Shown piece after piece: positions 39,586-49,468 of a DNA stretch of 64,000 nucleotides. Source of the stretch: Patescibacteria group bacterium (GTDB lineage: Bacteria > Patescibacteriota > Microgenomatia > PFEM01 > JAHIFH01); contig DATKWU010000009.1 of NCBI GenBank assembly GCA_035529375.1, forward strand, positions 289,111-353,110, given 5' to 3'. A program made the translations under genes and the position numbers. Below the pieces are notes generated by a model. It ran no database searches. It worked only from the letters and a program-made list of their open reading frames with translations, and was not told the DNA's origin. Within the stretch, counting starts at the first letter, position 1; every line of letters begins with the position of its first letter.

Positions 39586-40257
39586 ATGCCTGATATTTAT
39601 ATTGCTAAAGACAAAGAAAAAAAAGCTGCTGAAGAAACGTCTAAATCTAAAAAAGAAAAAACCGAGTCAGTTGCTGATAAACTTAAGAATCAAAGAACAA
39701 CCAATCCTTTTGCTTCTTTAGTGATTCGGCCCCAAAAACTTACTTTTGAGACTCAAGATAAAGAAGAAAAGGTAATTCTTTTAGCTCGCCAGCACCTGAT
39801 TACTAATATTAAATGGATTTTAGCCGCCGTGGCCATGCTTTTTGGGCCAAGCCTTATCTTTATGATTTTTCCTGATTTTTTTAGTTCTTTTCGATACCGA
39901 TCGCTTTTGAATTTAGTTTGGTATTTATTAACTTTTTCTTTTGTTTTTCAACGCTTTCTCAGATGGTTTTTCAATGTTAGTATCATCACTGATGAGAGAG
40001 TGGTTGATATTGACTTTCCTAGTCTTCTTTATCGAGATATCTCCAGCACCAAAATTGATATGATTCAGGATGTCAGTGTTAAGATGGGTGGTTTTGTTCG
40101 TTCCCTTTTTAATTATGGTGATGTCCACATTCAAACAGCGGCTGAACAAAAAGAGTTTATCTTTGAAGCAATTTCCCAGCCTGAGAGAGTAATTAAGATT
40201 CTTAATGAGCTGATTACTGAAGAGGAACAGGAGAAAATAGAAGGGAGGGTACGATGA
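39586..40257 (+). CDS. Membrane protein with bacterial PH domain
   Basis: Two TMs, IITDERVVD, IQDVS, FNYGDVHIQTA. Confidence 0.75.
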   Translation: MPDIYIAKDKEKKAAEETSKSKKEKTESVADKLKNQRTTNPFASLVIRPQKLTFETQDKEEKVILLARQHLITNIKWILAAVAMLFGPSLIFMIFPDFFSSFRYRSLLNLVWYLLTFSFVFQRFLRWFFNVSIITDERVVDIDFPSLLYRDISSTKIDMIQDVSVKMGGFVRSLFNYGDVHIQTAAEQKEFIFEAISQPERVIKILNELITEEEQEKIEGRVR

Positions 40258-40496
40258 CGCCTTTCGAAAGGTTGATTGAACAATTGGTAACCGTCAGTTT
40301 TAGTTTCCATTGGGTTTTTAAAGCGATTCTCTTAATCGGGATGTTTTTCTATTTGGCTTTTGGCGTGATTGTTGTTCGTCAGGTAAGCTTGATGGCCAAG
40401 ACTCTCAACGGCGCTTTTGCCTCGCCAATTAAGGTGATTGCCTGGATTCAATTGGGACTGATTATTGGTTTATTTTTGATTATTCTTCTTGCTTAA
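40254..40496 (+). CDS. Small two-TM protein
   Basis: F..IVVRQV.LM..T pattern; overlaps the upstream stop. Confidence 0.65.
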   Translation: MTPFERLIEQLVTVSFSFHWVFKAILLIGMFFYLAFGVIVVRQVSLMAKTLNGAFASPIKVIAWIQLGLIIGLFLIILLA

Positions 40497-40502
40497 CGAG
40501 TA

Positions 40503-42431
40503 ATGAAAAAATTTCTTCTCGAAACTGCCAAAATCGTCGGAACCACCACTGACCAAGCCTGGTCACAAGTTCACACTTTTTCTCCGACCGAAGAGAAAAA
40601 ATTAGCCAGACGTGGTCAATTTTTAGCGGTCATCAGTCTCTCTGGATTGGAAGAAGGGATTGAAACTGTGACGGTTGGAAAAGAAATTCTTTCTCGTCTT
40701 CATGAAGAATATTATGGTCATTTAGAAGCAAAGGCAATTGACCAATTAAAAAAAGCCTTAGAACAAGTAACAAGAGAAACAGAAGGCGAAGTTCAAATAG
40801 AGATTGAAGCCGCGGTTTTAATAGGCGAAATAATCTATTTTGCGGTGGCCGGTGAGGGCAGGATTTTGGTTCAGCGAGAAGGGAAAACGGCGACGGTTTT
40901 ATTGGGAAATAAAGGTGAAGTCGAAATAGCCAGTGGCCGGGTGGTTAAAGATGATGTTTTTCTTTTGGGTAATCCAAGATTTTTTTCTTTTCTCGCCGAA
41001 GGCGCTATTAGTGCCGCTCTATCAATGGGCTCGGTTAATGAGGCGGCTGAATCATTAACACCAATGGTTCATGGCCAGGAAAAAGACGGGATTGCAGCCG
41101 CCGTTATTTCAAAAATTATTGGTCCAAAAGAAGAAGAGGTGCCAACGACCACACCCTCAGATAAAGAACAGGAGAAGCCAGGCGAGTCTTCTTTTAAAGT
41201 CTCGGGTTTAAAAACAGGTTTAAAAGATAAATTGACTGATTGGTTAAAAGTCGGAGCAAAAATAGGACGAGGATTTCTTTTCAAGATTGAAAAAAAACTT
41301 AAGCGCCGGGCAATTTACTTAGAAAAAGAAAATAAAGAAAAGGAAAAAACCCGTCGAACTTTAATCACTATTGCTGCTATTTTACTTGTTTTGCTAATGG
41401 TCAGCATTGTCTTAGGGATCAGGCAGCGAGGCCGAGGTCAGACGAGCAGCGGTCAAAACGCTATTTTACAACAGGCTCAGATTAAGAAAGAAGAAGGCGA
41501 GGCTTTGATTGATCTTAATCCGATTAGAGCTCGCCAATTATTACTTGAAGCAAGAGATTTAATTGATGAGATTGAGCCTGAAGAAGCGAATCAGGCCGTC
41601 CTTGATTTTCGGGAAGAATTAGAAGCTTCCCTTTCTTTGGTGATGCGGGAGCATGAGGTCGAACCAAAAGCTTTCTTTGAATTAGGTATTATTAAGGATG
41701 GGGCGAAAGGGGATGATTTAGCGGTTTCAGGCAAGGAATTAATTCTTTTTGATCGCGGTAAACAGGCTATTTACAGCTTGGAGATAGACAGCAAAAAGTC
41801 GGCGATCCTAGCTGGTGGAGAGAACTTAGCCGATGGTCACCAAGTGGCCGCCTTTTTACCGAAAATTTTTCTTTTAACCGAGAGAGGGATTGTCCAATTT
41901 GATAAAGAGACTAAAAGAGAAGAATTGGTTATTGAGACTGATGAGGAATGGGGAGAAATTGTTGATTTAAGAGCCTTCGGCGGCAATCTTTATTTGCTTG
42001 ATAAAAAAGGCGAGATTTGGAAATATCCGGGGATTGAAGGGGGTTTTGGGGCTTACCGGCGTTGGCTTCAAGGAAGCGAGGTCGATTTTAGTAATGCCGT
42101 GGGGATGAGTATTGACGCTTCGGTCTGGATTCTCAAAAGCAATGGTTCTGTTCTTAAATACACTCAGGGATTGAAGGATGGTTTTACGATTTCTGGCTTA
42201 GACAAGTCTTTTAGTAATCCGACCGCTATTTTTACTGACGATGACCAGGAGAATCTTTACATTCTTGATCAAGGTAATTCCCGAGTGGTAGTGATCAATA
42301 AATCTGGGGAATATTATTCTCAGTATCGTTGGGAAGGGATGAACCAGGTCACTAGTTTAATGGCCTCGGAAGAAGAGGGCAAGATTTTCCTTCTGGCGGG
42401 TGATAAGATTTATCAGATTGACCTAAAATAA
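40503..42431 (+). CDS. PP2C-like N-terminal domain, TM, extracellular beta-propeller
   Basis: NHL-like repeats (NLYLLD, ENLYILDQGNSRVVV); central TM; fold assignments are inference. Confidence 0.6.
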   Translation: MKKFLLETAKIVGTTTDQAWSQVHTFSPTEEKKLARRGQFLAVISLSGLEEGIETVTVGKEILSRLHEEYYGHLEAKAIDQLKKALEQVTRETEGEVQIEIEAAVLIGEIIYFAVAGEGRILVQREGKTATVLLGNKGEVEIASGRVVKDDVFLLGNPRFFSFLAEGAISAALSMGSVNEAAESLTPMVHGQEKDGIAAAVISKIIGPKEEEVPTTTPSDKEQEKPGESSFKVSGLKTGLKDKLTDWLKVGAKIGRGFLFKIEKKLKRRAIYLEKENKEKEKTRRTLITIAAILLVLLMVSIVLGIRQRGRGQTSSGQNAILQQAQIKKEEGEALIDLNPIRARQLLLEARDLIDEIEPEEANQAVLDFREELEASLSLVMREHEVEPKAFFELGIIKDGAKGDDLAVSGKELILFDRGKQAIYSLEIDSKKSAILAGGENLADGHQVAAFLPKIFLLTERGIVQFDKETKREELVIETDEEWGEIVDLRAFGGNLYLLDKKGEIWKYPGIEGGFGAYRRWLQGSEVDFSNAVGMSIDASVWILKSNGSVLKYTQGLKDGFTISGLDKSFSNPTAIFTDDDQENLYILDQGNSRVVVINKSGEYYSQYRWEGMNQVTSLMASEEEGKIFLLAGDKIYQIDLK

Positions 42432-42432
42432 A

Positions 42433-42876
42433 GTGAAAGTTATTAACCGTCGAGCTCGCTATGATTACTATCTTTTAGAGAAGTTTGAAGCAGGCATTGC
42501 CTTAACTGGCTCAGAGGTCAAATCAGTTAAGGCAAGCAAACTAAGCCTTAACGAAGGCTTTGTTAAGATAATTGGAGGCGAGGCTTGGTTACTTAATGCC
42601 TATATCAACCCTTATCCTTATGCCGATAATCGAGATTATGATTCCAAGCGTAACCGGAAGCTGCTTTTACATAAAAACGAGCTCCTAAAATTAAGCCAGC
42701 AAACTAAGGAAAAGAATTTGACGATTGTACCTGTTTCGTGCTATACTAAGGGTCGAAAAATCAAACTAGAGATTGCCTTAGCTAGAGGGAAAAAGAAGTA
42801 TGATAAAAGAGAAACAAAGAAACGCAAGGCAATTGAAAGAGAAATTGAACAGACATTAAAAGATAAGGGGATGTAA
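42433..42876 (+). CDS. smpB: SsrA-binding protein
   Basis: NRRARYDY, EAGIALTGSEVKS, RKLLLH, GKKKYDKRE. Confidence 0.96.
   Translation: MKVINRRARYDYYLLEKFEAGIALTGSEVKSVKASKLSLNEGFVKIIGGEAWLLNAYINPYPYADNRDYDSKRNRKLLLHKNELLKLSQQTKEKNLTIVPVSCYTKGRKIKLEIALARGKKKYDKRETKKRKAIEREIEQTLKDKGM
42718..42747 (+). promoter_or_regulatory. Putative ssrA promoter inside smpB
   Basis: TTGACG-18 nt-TATACT with extended -10 TG. Confidence 0.5.
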
Positions 42877-43236
42877 GTCTCGACGGGAAGGGTTCTTTAA
42901 AAACAGCAAGCCGACCTGAAATAAGCCGTTAAAAGGTTTCAAAAAAAATATAACTGGCAACCCAAAAGTTGCTAATTATGCTTATGCTTACGCTTAAAAG
43001 CGCTTGGGCATAAGCCATTCATAGTTTTTTCTCCTGGTGAGAAACTATGGGTGACAACCCAGCCAGGATACAATTCAATTGGTTTGGCTAGACTGATTGA
43101 GCCAAGTTTAATTAGCCTTGGTTTTAACTTTCCGGTTGACAGGATCAGGTTAAGACGACAATTAAGAGTCAACTAAGCTTGTAGAAGTTTTTAGAAATTC
43201 TTTTCGGACGCCGGTTCACTCCGGCCATCTCCACCA
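42867..43236 (+). ncRNA. ssrA: tmRNA; tag ORF 42956-42997 reads (A)GNPKVANYAYAYA*
   Basis: GGGGATG...CATCTCCACCA acceptor with G3.U70, TCGAC after the 5' end, resume context ATAACT-GGC, adjacent to smpB. Confidence 0.93.
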
Positions 43237-43277
43237 GATCATCTTTAATTCTTAATAGACTTAAGAAATAGAAACTA

Positions 43278-43448
43278 ATGAAAGAGGGGGGTCCCACCGC
43301 TGCCGAAATCATCGCAATTTATGACGAAGTCCGTGGTTACTTCCGGACTCCTCAGGCAATTAAAGGTATCTCTCCTGAGAAAGAAGAAAAACTTCCTACT
43401 AAACAAACTCCTGAACAAGTCCAAGATAAAACTTCTCCTAAGAAATAA
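43278..43448 (+). CDS. Small hypothetical protein (56 aa)
   Basis: Hand translation MKEGGPTAAEIIAIYDEVRGYF...KTSPKK*. Confidence 0.35.
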   Translation: MKEGGPTAAEIIAIYDEVRGYFRTPQAIKGISPEKEEKLPTKQTPEQVQDKTSPKK

Positions 43449-43468
43449 ACCCTGTTAAAATTAGTTTA

Positions 43469-44137
43469 ATGCTGCTCGATCTCTTTTTTCCTCGTCGTTG
43501 TTTGGGTTGTGGTGCTTGGGGTAATTACTTTTGTCGAGATTGCCAGCAAGAGATTAAAACCATCAAACTCCAGATTTGCCCGATTTGTCAAAAACCAGCT
43601 CTTCAAGGTCAGACTCATCCAGTTTGTCAAACGCCTTACTCTCTTGATGGTTTAACTTCAATTTTCACTTTTGAAGGGGTGATTAAAGAAGCGATTGGCA
43701 AATTAAAGTATTGGTTAATTACGGATCTAATTGAGGAACTGGTGGCTCTTAGTGTTGATCAAATGCCTCGTAAATTAACCCGATCTTTAATTCTCGTTCC
43801 CATTCCCCTTCATCCGCGCCGCCAACGCTGGCGAGGTTTTAATCAAGCAGAGCTTTTAGCAAAGATTCTAGGTAAACAGTTTAATTGGCAGATCTCCACT
43901 GATTATCTAATCCGTTCTAAAGCCACTCAACCCCAAATTAAGTTAAAAAGCAAAGAAAGAAAAATAAATGTTCAAAAAGCTTTTAAACTTAATCCCAAAG
44001 CTAGAGCTAAAGTGAGAAACAAAAAATTGATTGTTTTTGATGATGTTTGGACGACTGGTTCCACTCTACGTCAGGCTGCACAGGTTTTAAAAAGAGCCCA
44101 GGCTCAAGAGGTTTGGGGTTTGACCTTAGCTAGGTGA
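43469..44137 (+). CDS. comF: ComF-family amidophosphoribosyltransferase-like protein
   Basis: N-terminal CxxC zinc ribbon, VPIPLH..R..RGFNQA, FDDVWTTGSTL. Confidence 0.9.
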   Translation: MLLDLFFPRRCLGCGAWGNYFCRDCQQEIKTIKLQICPICQKPALQGQTHPVCQTPYSLDGLTSIFTFEGVIKEAIGKLKYWLITDLIEELVALSVDQMPRKLTRSLILVPIPLHPRRQRWRGFNQAELLAKILGKQFNWQISTDYLIRSKATQPQIKLKSKERKINVQKAFKLNPKARAKVRNKKLIVFDDVWTTGSTLRQAAQVLKRAQAQEVWGLTLAR

Positions 44138-44173
44138 AAAAAGGCTAGTTTTTTGCTAAAATAGGAACCATTA

Positions 44174-44262
44174 GGAAGGATGCCAGAGTGGTTAAATGGG
44201 ACGGTTTGCTAAACCGTTGGTCTGAAAGGACCGCGTGGGTTCGAATCCCACTCCTTCCGCCA
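44174..44262 (+). tRNA. tRNA-Ser(GCT)
   Basis: GGAAGGA/TCCTTCC-G-CCA, ACGGT-TT GCT AA-ACCGT, long variable arm. Confidence 0.95.
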
Positions 44263-44349
44263 GGTGGGGTGCCGGAGCGGCTAAACGGCCCGGTCTTGAA
44301 AACCGTGGAGAAAGCAATTTCTACGTGGGTTCGAATCCCACCCCCACCG
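44263..44349 (+). tRNA. tRNA-Ser(TGA)
   Basis: GGTGGGG/CCCCACC-G, CT TGA AA loop, long variable arm; CCA not encoded. Confidence 0.92.
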
Positions 44350-44402
44350 CCTCTCCCATCATTAACAAAAATTTGCTATCATAGAAATAAGGAAAACTAA
44401 TT

Positions 44403-44927
44403 ATGCCTGCTCAAAACAATCAACCAGAAATAAAACCACGTACTTTAAAAACTTTGTTAGCCTGGAAAGCACCAGAACGACATTTTAAAAAGCGAACGCG
44501 GGAATATTTTACAACCATTGGCGCGATTATCTTTTTAATTGGTGTTATTCTCCTTTTCCTCCAAGAATGGCTTTTGATTGTCGTGATGGTGGCTTTGGTT
44601 TTTGTGGCCTACATTCTTTCGACAGTAGCGCCGCGGGAAGTAGAACATCAAATTACTAATCGATGGATTGTGACCGGTGGGAGGAGATATTATTGGGAAC
44701 AATTAGGCCGTTTTTGGTTTACTGAAAAGCAGGGCCAAGAAGCTTTGATGGTCGAAACATTTTTTGGTTTACCCGGCCGTTTAATCTTGCTCTTAGGCGA
44801 GGTTAAGAAAGATCAGGTTAAGAAAATTCTCTCTGAATACCTCCCCTTTGAGGAACCAGAAAAAACCTGGATCGATAATGCTAGCGATTGGATCTCGCGG
44901 CGGGTTCCTTTAGAGTCGTCTTCTTAA
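44403..44927 (+). CDS. Two-TM hypothetical membrane protein
   Basis: W.APER.FKKR, two TMs, PH-like C-terminus. Confidence 0.7.
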   Translation: MPAQNNQPEIKPRTLKTLLAWKAPERHFKKRTREYFTTIGAIIFLIGVILLFLQEWLLIVVMVALVFVAYILSTVAPREVEHQITNRWIVTGGRRYYWEQLGRFWFTEKQGQEALMVETFFGLPGRLILLLGEVKKDQVKKILSEYLPFEEPEKTWIDNASDWISRRVPLESSS

Positions 44928-44933
44928 GAATCA

Positions 44934-45007
44934 GCGCCCGTAGCTCAATTGGACAGAGCATCTCGTTGCGGACGAGAAGGTTGTGAGTTCGAGTCTCACT
45001 GGGCGCA
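44934..45007 (+). tRNA. tRNA-Arg(GCG)
   Basis: GCGCCCG/TGGGCGC-A, TCTCG-TT GCG GA-CGAGA. Confidence 0.92.
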
Positions 45008-45012
45008 CTTGT

Positions 45013-45099
45013 GGTGGGATGCCGGAGTGGTCTAACGGGCTGGTTTCGAAAACCAAGCGTTCTGTAAAGGACACGGGGGTTCGAATCCCTCTCCCACCG
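45013..45099 (+). tRNA. tRNA-Ser(CGA)
   Basis: GGTGGGA/TCCCACC-G, TT CGA AA loop, long variable arm. Confidence 0.92.
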
Positions 45100-45107
45100 C
45101 TTTGCAG

Positions 45108-45181
45108 GCGCTCGTAGTTCAATTGGATAGAACGTCGGATTCCGGATCCGAAAGTTGGGGGTTCGAATCCCTTCGGGCGCA
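45108..45181 (+). tRNA. tRNA-Arg(CCG)
   Basis: GCGCTCG/CGGGCGC-A, TCGGA-TT CCG GA-TCCGA. Confidence 0.92.
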
Positions 45182-45184
45182 CCG

Positions 45185-45661
45185 ATGACCAAGAAAAAAC
45201 CAGTTAAAAGGGAATTTTCCGCTGGTGGGGTGGTTTTCAAAAAAGAAAAGAAAAAAACTCTTTGGCTAATCATTCAACCTGAAATTAAGGATGAACTTTG
45301 GCGTCAAGACAGATGGCAGCTGCCTAAAGGTTGGATTGATGAGGGTGAAACTGGTTCTCAGGCGGCTTTAAGAGAAGTTAAGGAAGAAGGCGGTGTTGAA
45401 GTTGAGGTAATTGAAAAAATCGGTCGGATTAATATTTTCTTTTACAACGAAGAAAAGCAGAAGGTCCTTAAAAACATTGTTTTTTTCTTAATGGAATACC
45501 AAAAGGGAAGCATCAGAAATCATTCTTGGGAAACAAAAGAAGCGATTTGGTTGCCTTTTCAAAAGGCTTCCAAGAGATTAACTTTTGATTCAGAGAAGAA
45601 AATTTTAAAAAAAGCCAAAGAACTTTTAGAAGCAAAAGAGAAACAACCGAAACTGATTTAG
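45185..45661 (+). CDS. NUDIX hydrolase
   Basis: SAGGVV, LPKGWIDEGETGSQAALREVKEEGG; ATG 45185 follows the tRNA. Confidence 0.9.
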   Translation: MTKKKPVKREFSAGGVVFKKEKKKTLWLIIQPEIKDELWRQDRWQLPKGWIDEGETGSQAALREVKEEGGVEVEVIEKIGRINIFFYNEEKQKVLKNIVFFLMEYQKGSIRNHSWETKEAIWLPFQKASKRLTFDSEKKILKKAKELLEAKEKQPKLI

Positions 45662-45747
45662 GAGAGGTGGCAGAGTGGTCAAATGCGCACGCTTGGAAAG
45701 CGTGTATGGCGGCAACGTCATCGTGGGTTCGAATCCCACTCTCTCCG
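45661..45747 (+). tRNA. tRNA-Ser(GGA)
   Basis: GGAGAGG/TCTCTCC-G, CACGC-TT GGA AA-GCGTG. Confidence 0.93.
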
Positions 45748-45791
45748 CTAGTCTGCGGAAATAATGCGGTAAATATGCAGGAAATAATTTT

Positions 45792-47594
45792 ATGCCAGAT
45801 GATCAATTAGAAGAAATTCGGCGAAAAATCGATATCATTGAACTGATTAATGAATACACGCCTTTAAAGAAAACCGGCCGTAATTTCAAGGCGCTTTGTC
45901 CTTTTCATTCAGAAAAAATTCCTTCTTTTGTCGTTTCGCCAGAAAGACAGATTTTTAAATGTTTTGGCTGTGGGGCTGGTGGCGATATCTTTAGATTTTT
46001 AATGCTGACTGAAAACATGGAGTTTGGTGAGGCCCTGCGGACTTTGGCGAAACGAGCCGGGGTTAAATTACGTCATTACCAACCTTCAGAAGGGGAAAAA
46101 CAGAAACAACTTTTTTATGAAATTAATCATTTAGCCAGTGAATATTATCATTATCTTTTAACCAAACATGCGGCCGGTCGGAAAGCTTTGAACTACATTT
46201 TGGGTCGGGGAATTACCCGCGAGTCTTTGGCTCGTTTTAAGATTGGCTATTCGCCTAATTTATGGGAAGCCCTTCAGGATTTTTTGGTTAAAAAGAAAAA
46301 TTATCGAGGTGAAGATTTGGAAAAAGCCGGCTTGGTGATTAAGAGTCAAAGGGGTCGGGGTTTTTATGATCGTTTTCGGGGGAGATTGATGTTCACTTTA
46401 CGAGATCATCGGAATAATGTGGTTGGTTTTGCCGGTCGAACCTTGGATCCTAAGCAAGAAGAAGCCAAATACATTAACACTCCAGAGACCTTGGTCTATC
46501 ATAAATCAGACTTGCTTTATGGTTTAGTCGAGACCAAAGAAGCCATTAAAAAAGAGGATGAAGCCATTGTGGTTGAAGGCGAACTTGATGCCGTTTCTTC
46601 TTTACAGGCAGGGGTGGAAAATGTCGTCGCCCTTAAAGGCACGGCTTTAACCCAAGGTCAGATAGATTTAATTAGTCGGTTTACCGAGAATCTTATTTTA
46701 GCCTTGGACCGAGACTTGGCGGGTGATCAGGCGGCTCGTCGGGGGATTGAATTAGCGGATGCTGCTAATCTAGCCATTAGAGTGGTCGAATTAGAAGGGG
46801 GTAAAGATCCTGATGAAGTCGCTCAAAAGAACCCAAGTCAGTGGCGTCAATTAGTTAAACAAGCCGTCCCTATTTATGATTACTTTATTGATTCGGCTTT
46901 GAATCGGTTTGATGGTCGAACTGCAGACGGGAAGCGAAAAATCAGCCTGGAGTTAATTCCGGTTTTAGCCAAAATTAGCAACAAGGTGGTTCAGGCTCAT
47001 TACGTCCGTTTGTTGGCGGAGCGATTCAGAGTTGATGAAGAAGCGGTGGTGGCGGAAATGGCGAAATTTATTGATAAAGAAAGCGCTAAAGCACCTTTAG
47101 AGAGAACTGATTACAAGAAAGAGGAAAAGCTAAGTCGTCAGGAAATTTTGGAAGAACATTTATTAGCCCTGGCGTTTCAATCAGGCAACTGGCCGCTCTT
47201 AAGAAAAAGAAAGATTCAGGCCTTGATCAAAACGTCTCACTTTCAGAAGATTGTTGAGGTTTTAGGTAAGTATCTAAAGCGCTATAAAACTTTTGAGAGC
47301 CAGCGCTTGGCCAAGCTGTTGCCCGCCGAATTAAAAGAAACCTTTGACAAACTTTATTTACTGGAAATGGTCGATTTGCTGGAGAACGAAGAAAAGCTGG
47401 AGAAAGAAATTGAAAAAACAAAAAAAGAATTAGAAAAGCTTGATTCAAGAGGAAGATTAAGAGAAATCGGTCAAGAAATCAGCGGTTCAGAAAGAAAAGA
47501 AAAACCTAATCAGACAGAAAAAAAGAAATTAAACAAACTCCACGAACAGTTTCGAGATTTATCTGGAGAATTAGCTAAACTTGAAGCCGAGTGA
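45792..47594 (+). CDS. dnaG: DNA primase
   Basis: [43 protein letters not shown]. Confidence 0.97.
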   Translation: MPDDQLEEIRRKIDIIELINEYTPLKKTGRNFKALCPFHSEKIPSFVVSPERQIFKCFGCGAGGDIFRFLMLTENMEFGEALRTLAKRAGVKLRHYQPSEGEKQKQLFYEINHLASEYYHYLLTKHAAGRKALNYILGRGITRESLARFKIGYSPNLWEALQDFLVKKKNYRGEDLEKAGLVIKSQRGRGFYDRFRGRLMFTLRDHRNNVVGFAGRTLDPKQEEAKYINTPETLVYHKSDLLYGLVETKEAIKKEDEAIVVEGELDAVSSLQAGVENVVALKGTALTQGQIDLISRFTENLILALDRDLAGDQAARRGIELADAANLAIRVVELEGGKDPDEVAQKNPSQWRQLVKQAVPIYDYFIDSALNRFDGRTADGKRKISLELIPVLAKISNKVVQAHYVRLLAERFRVDEEAVVAEMAKFIDKESAKAPLERTDYKKEEKLSRQEILEEHLLALAFQSGNWPLLRKRKIQALIKTSHFQKIVEVLGKYLKRYKTFESQRLAKLLPAELKETFDKLYLLEMVDLLENEEKLEKEIEKTKKELEKLDSRGRLREIGQEISGSERKEKPNQTEKKKLNKLHEQFRDLSGELAKLEAE

Positions 47595-47622
47595 AAATTG
47601 TAATAATCTAGAAGCAAGAAAA

Positions 47623-48708
47623 ATGGCCAAAAAGAGAGTTGATACCAAAAAAATCATTGAAAAAGGAGGAAAGCAGGGTTTCATTACCCAAGAAGAAATC
47701 CTCAAGCTTTTTCCTGATGCCGAAGAAAGGGTCGAAGAATTAGACGAACTCTACGCTAATTTATTGGCTGAAGGGGTTGATGTTTTTGAATCCGTTACTG
47801 AAGAAGAGATGGCTGAAGATGAAAAAGCGACCACGGAATTAGCTAAAGAACTAGAGGTTCTAGCGACCCTGGAAGACAAAACCCTAACCGATCCGGTCCG
47901 AATGTACCTTAAAGAAATAGGGAGAATACCTCTTTTAACGGCGGAGCAAGAAATTGACCTTGCTCAAGGAGTGGAGAAAGGCAGTCGGGCGGCTAAAAAG
48001 AAATTGATTCAATCCAACTTAAGACTGGTGGTTTCGATTGCCAAAAAGTATGTAGGTAGAGGGATGAGCTTCCTTGATCTTATTCAAGAAGGTAATCAAG
48101 GTTTGATGAGAGCGGTAGAAAAATATGATTGGCGGCGAGGCTATAAATTCTCCACTTACGCCACCTGGTGGATTAGACAGGCGATTACCCGAGCGATTGC
48201 TGACCAAGCCAGAACCATTAGAATTCCGGTTCATATGGTCGAAACGATTAACAAACTGATTCGAACCTCAAGAAAACTAGCTCAACAATTAGGCCGAGAA
48301 CCAATGGCTGAGGAAATTGGTAAAGAAATGGAACTCGAGCCAGATCGAGTCAGAGAGATTTTTAAGATTGCCCAAAACACCACTTCCTTAGAAAAACCAG
48401 TCGGTGATGAAGAAGATTCTCTTTTAGGTGATTTTATCGAAGACACCTCTCAACCTTCACCAGTGGACCAAGCTTCAAAACAGCTCTTAAAAGAAAACAT
48501 TGAAGAAGTTTTAGAAAGCCTTTCGGACAGAGAAGCCAGAGTCTTGAAAATGAGATTTGGTTTAGATGGTTATCAACCAATGACCTTAGAAGAAGTAGGC
48601 AGAGAATTTGGGGTGACCAGAGAAAGAATTAGACAAATTGAAGCCAAAGCCCTAAGAAAACTCAAACACCCTTCAAGAAGAAAAAAACTTCAGGATTATC
48701 TTGAGTAA
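47623..48708 (+). CDS. rpoD: RNA polymerase primary sigma factor
   Basis: [45 protein letters not shown]. Confidence 0.97.
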   Translation: MAKKRVDTKKIIEKGGKQGFITQEEILKLFPDAEERVEELDELYANLLAEGVDVFESVTEEEMAEDEKATTELAKELEVLATLEDKTLTDPVRMYLKEIGRIPLLTAEQEIDLAQGVEKGSRAAKKKLIQSNLRLVVSIAKKYVGRGMSFLDLIQEGNQGLMRAVEKYDWRRGYKFSTYATWWIRQAITRAIADQARTIRIPVHMVETINKLIRTSRKLAQQLGREPMAEEIGKEMELEPDRVREIFKIAQNTTSLEKPVGDEEDSLLGDFIEDTSQPSPVDQASKQLLKENIEEVLESLSDREARVLKMRFGLDGYQPMTLEEVGREFGVTRERIRQIEAKALRKLKHPSRRKKLQDYLE

Positions 48709-48762
48709 GAGCGATAGTTACTCAACTTGATTTACTTTGTTCGATATGCTAAAAATGGATTA

Positions 48763-49449
48763 ATGGGGTATGCAGGTAAGTTAGAAGAAAAAAGACAAGC
48801 TCTTGAACTTCGCCAAAAAGGCATTTCTTATGGTGAAATCCAAAAAAAAGTTCCAGTTTCTAAAGACACACTCAGTCGTTGGTGTCGAGATGTAATCCTG
48901 GTTCCCTCTCAGATGGAGAGATTGAAAAAGAGAAGACTAAGAGGAGCAGAGAAGGGAAGAATAATTGGTGCAAAAAAACAACAACGGGATCGAATTAAAA
49001 GAACCAAAAGATTAATAAAGGAAGGCAAAAGAGAAGTTGGAAAATTGGCCAAGAGAGATAGATTTACGGCTGGAATAGCCCTTTATTTGGGTGACGGGTA
49101 CAAATCAGATAAAAGCATTGGTTTTTCAAATTCTAATCCTCAAATAATTTCTTTTATGATGAGATGGTTTCGGGAGTTTTGCCAAGTTCCTGAAGAAAAA
49201 TTTCGTGGACAAATTTGGATTCATGAAGGTTTGGATGAATTGAAAGCAAGAAGATATTGGTCGAAAATTACCAGTATTCCAATAGGTCAGTTTCAAAAAA
49301 GTTATATTGCTAAGAATAAAAAAGAAAGCAGAAAAGTTAGGAAAAAATTACACGATTATGGTGTATTTGCAATTAGAATCTCTAGTGCGGAGAGACAGAG
49401 AAAAATTCTTGGTTGGATAGCTGGTATTTTAGGCAAGGAATTAGTATAA
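48763..49449 (+). CDS. HTH + LAGLIDADG-like domain protein
   Basis: N-terminal HTH (ALELRQKGISYGEIQKKVPVSKDTLSRW); AGIALYLGDG helix followed by GFSNSNP; fold call is inference. Confidence 0.6.
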   Translation: MGYAGKLEEKRQALELRQKGISYGEIQKKVPVSKDTLSRWCRDVILVPSQMERLKKRRLRGAEKGRIIGAKKQQRDRIKRTKRLIKEGKREVGKLAKRDRFTAGIALYLGDGYKSDKSIGFSNSNPQIISFMMRWFREFCQVPEEKFRGQIWIHEGLDELKARRYWSKITSIPIGQFQKSYIAKNKKESRKVRKKLHDYGVFAIRISSAERQRKILGWIAGILGKELV

Positions 49450-49468
49450 TATCGTTGTATTTTGACAA

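Noticed and set aside
42972-43172. 66-aa minus-strand ORF
   Set aside because: Antisense to the tmRNA body.
44188-45806. Track ORFs 44188-44400, 44881-45273, 44931-45182 and 45513-45806
   Set aside because: They overlap clear tRNA genes and are shadow frames.
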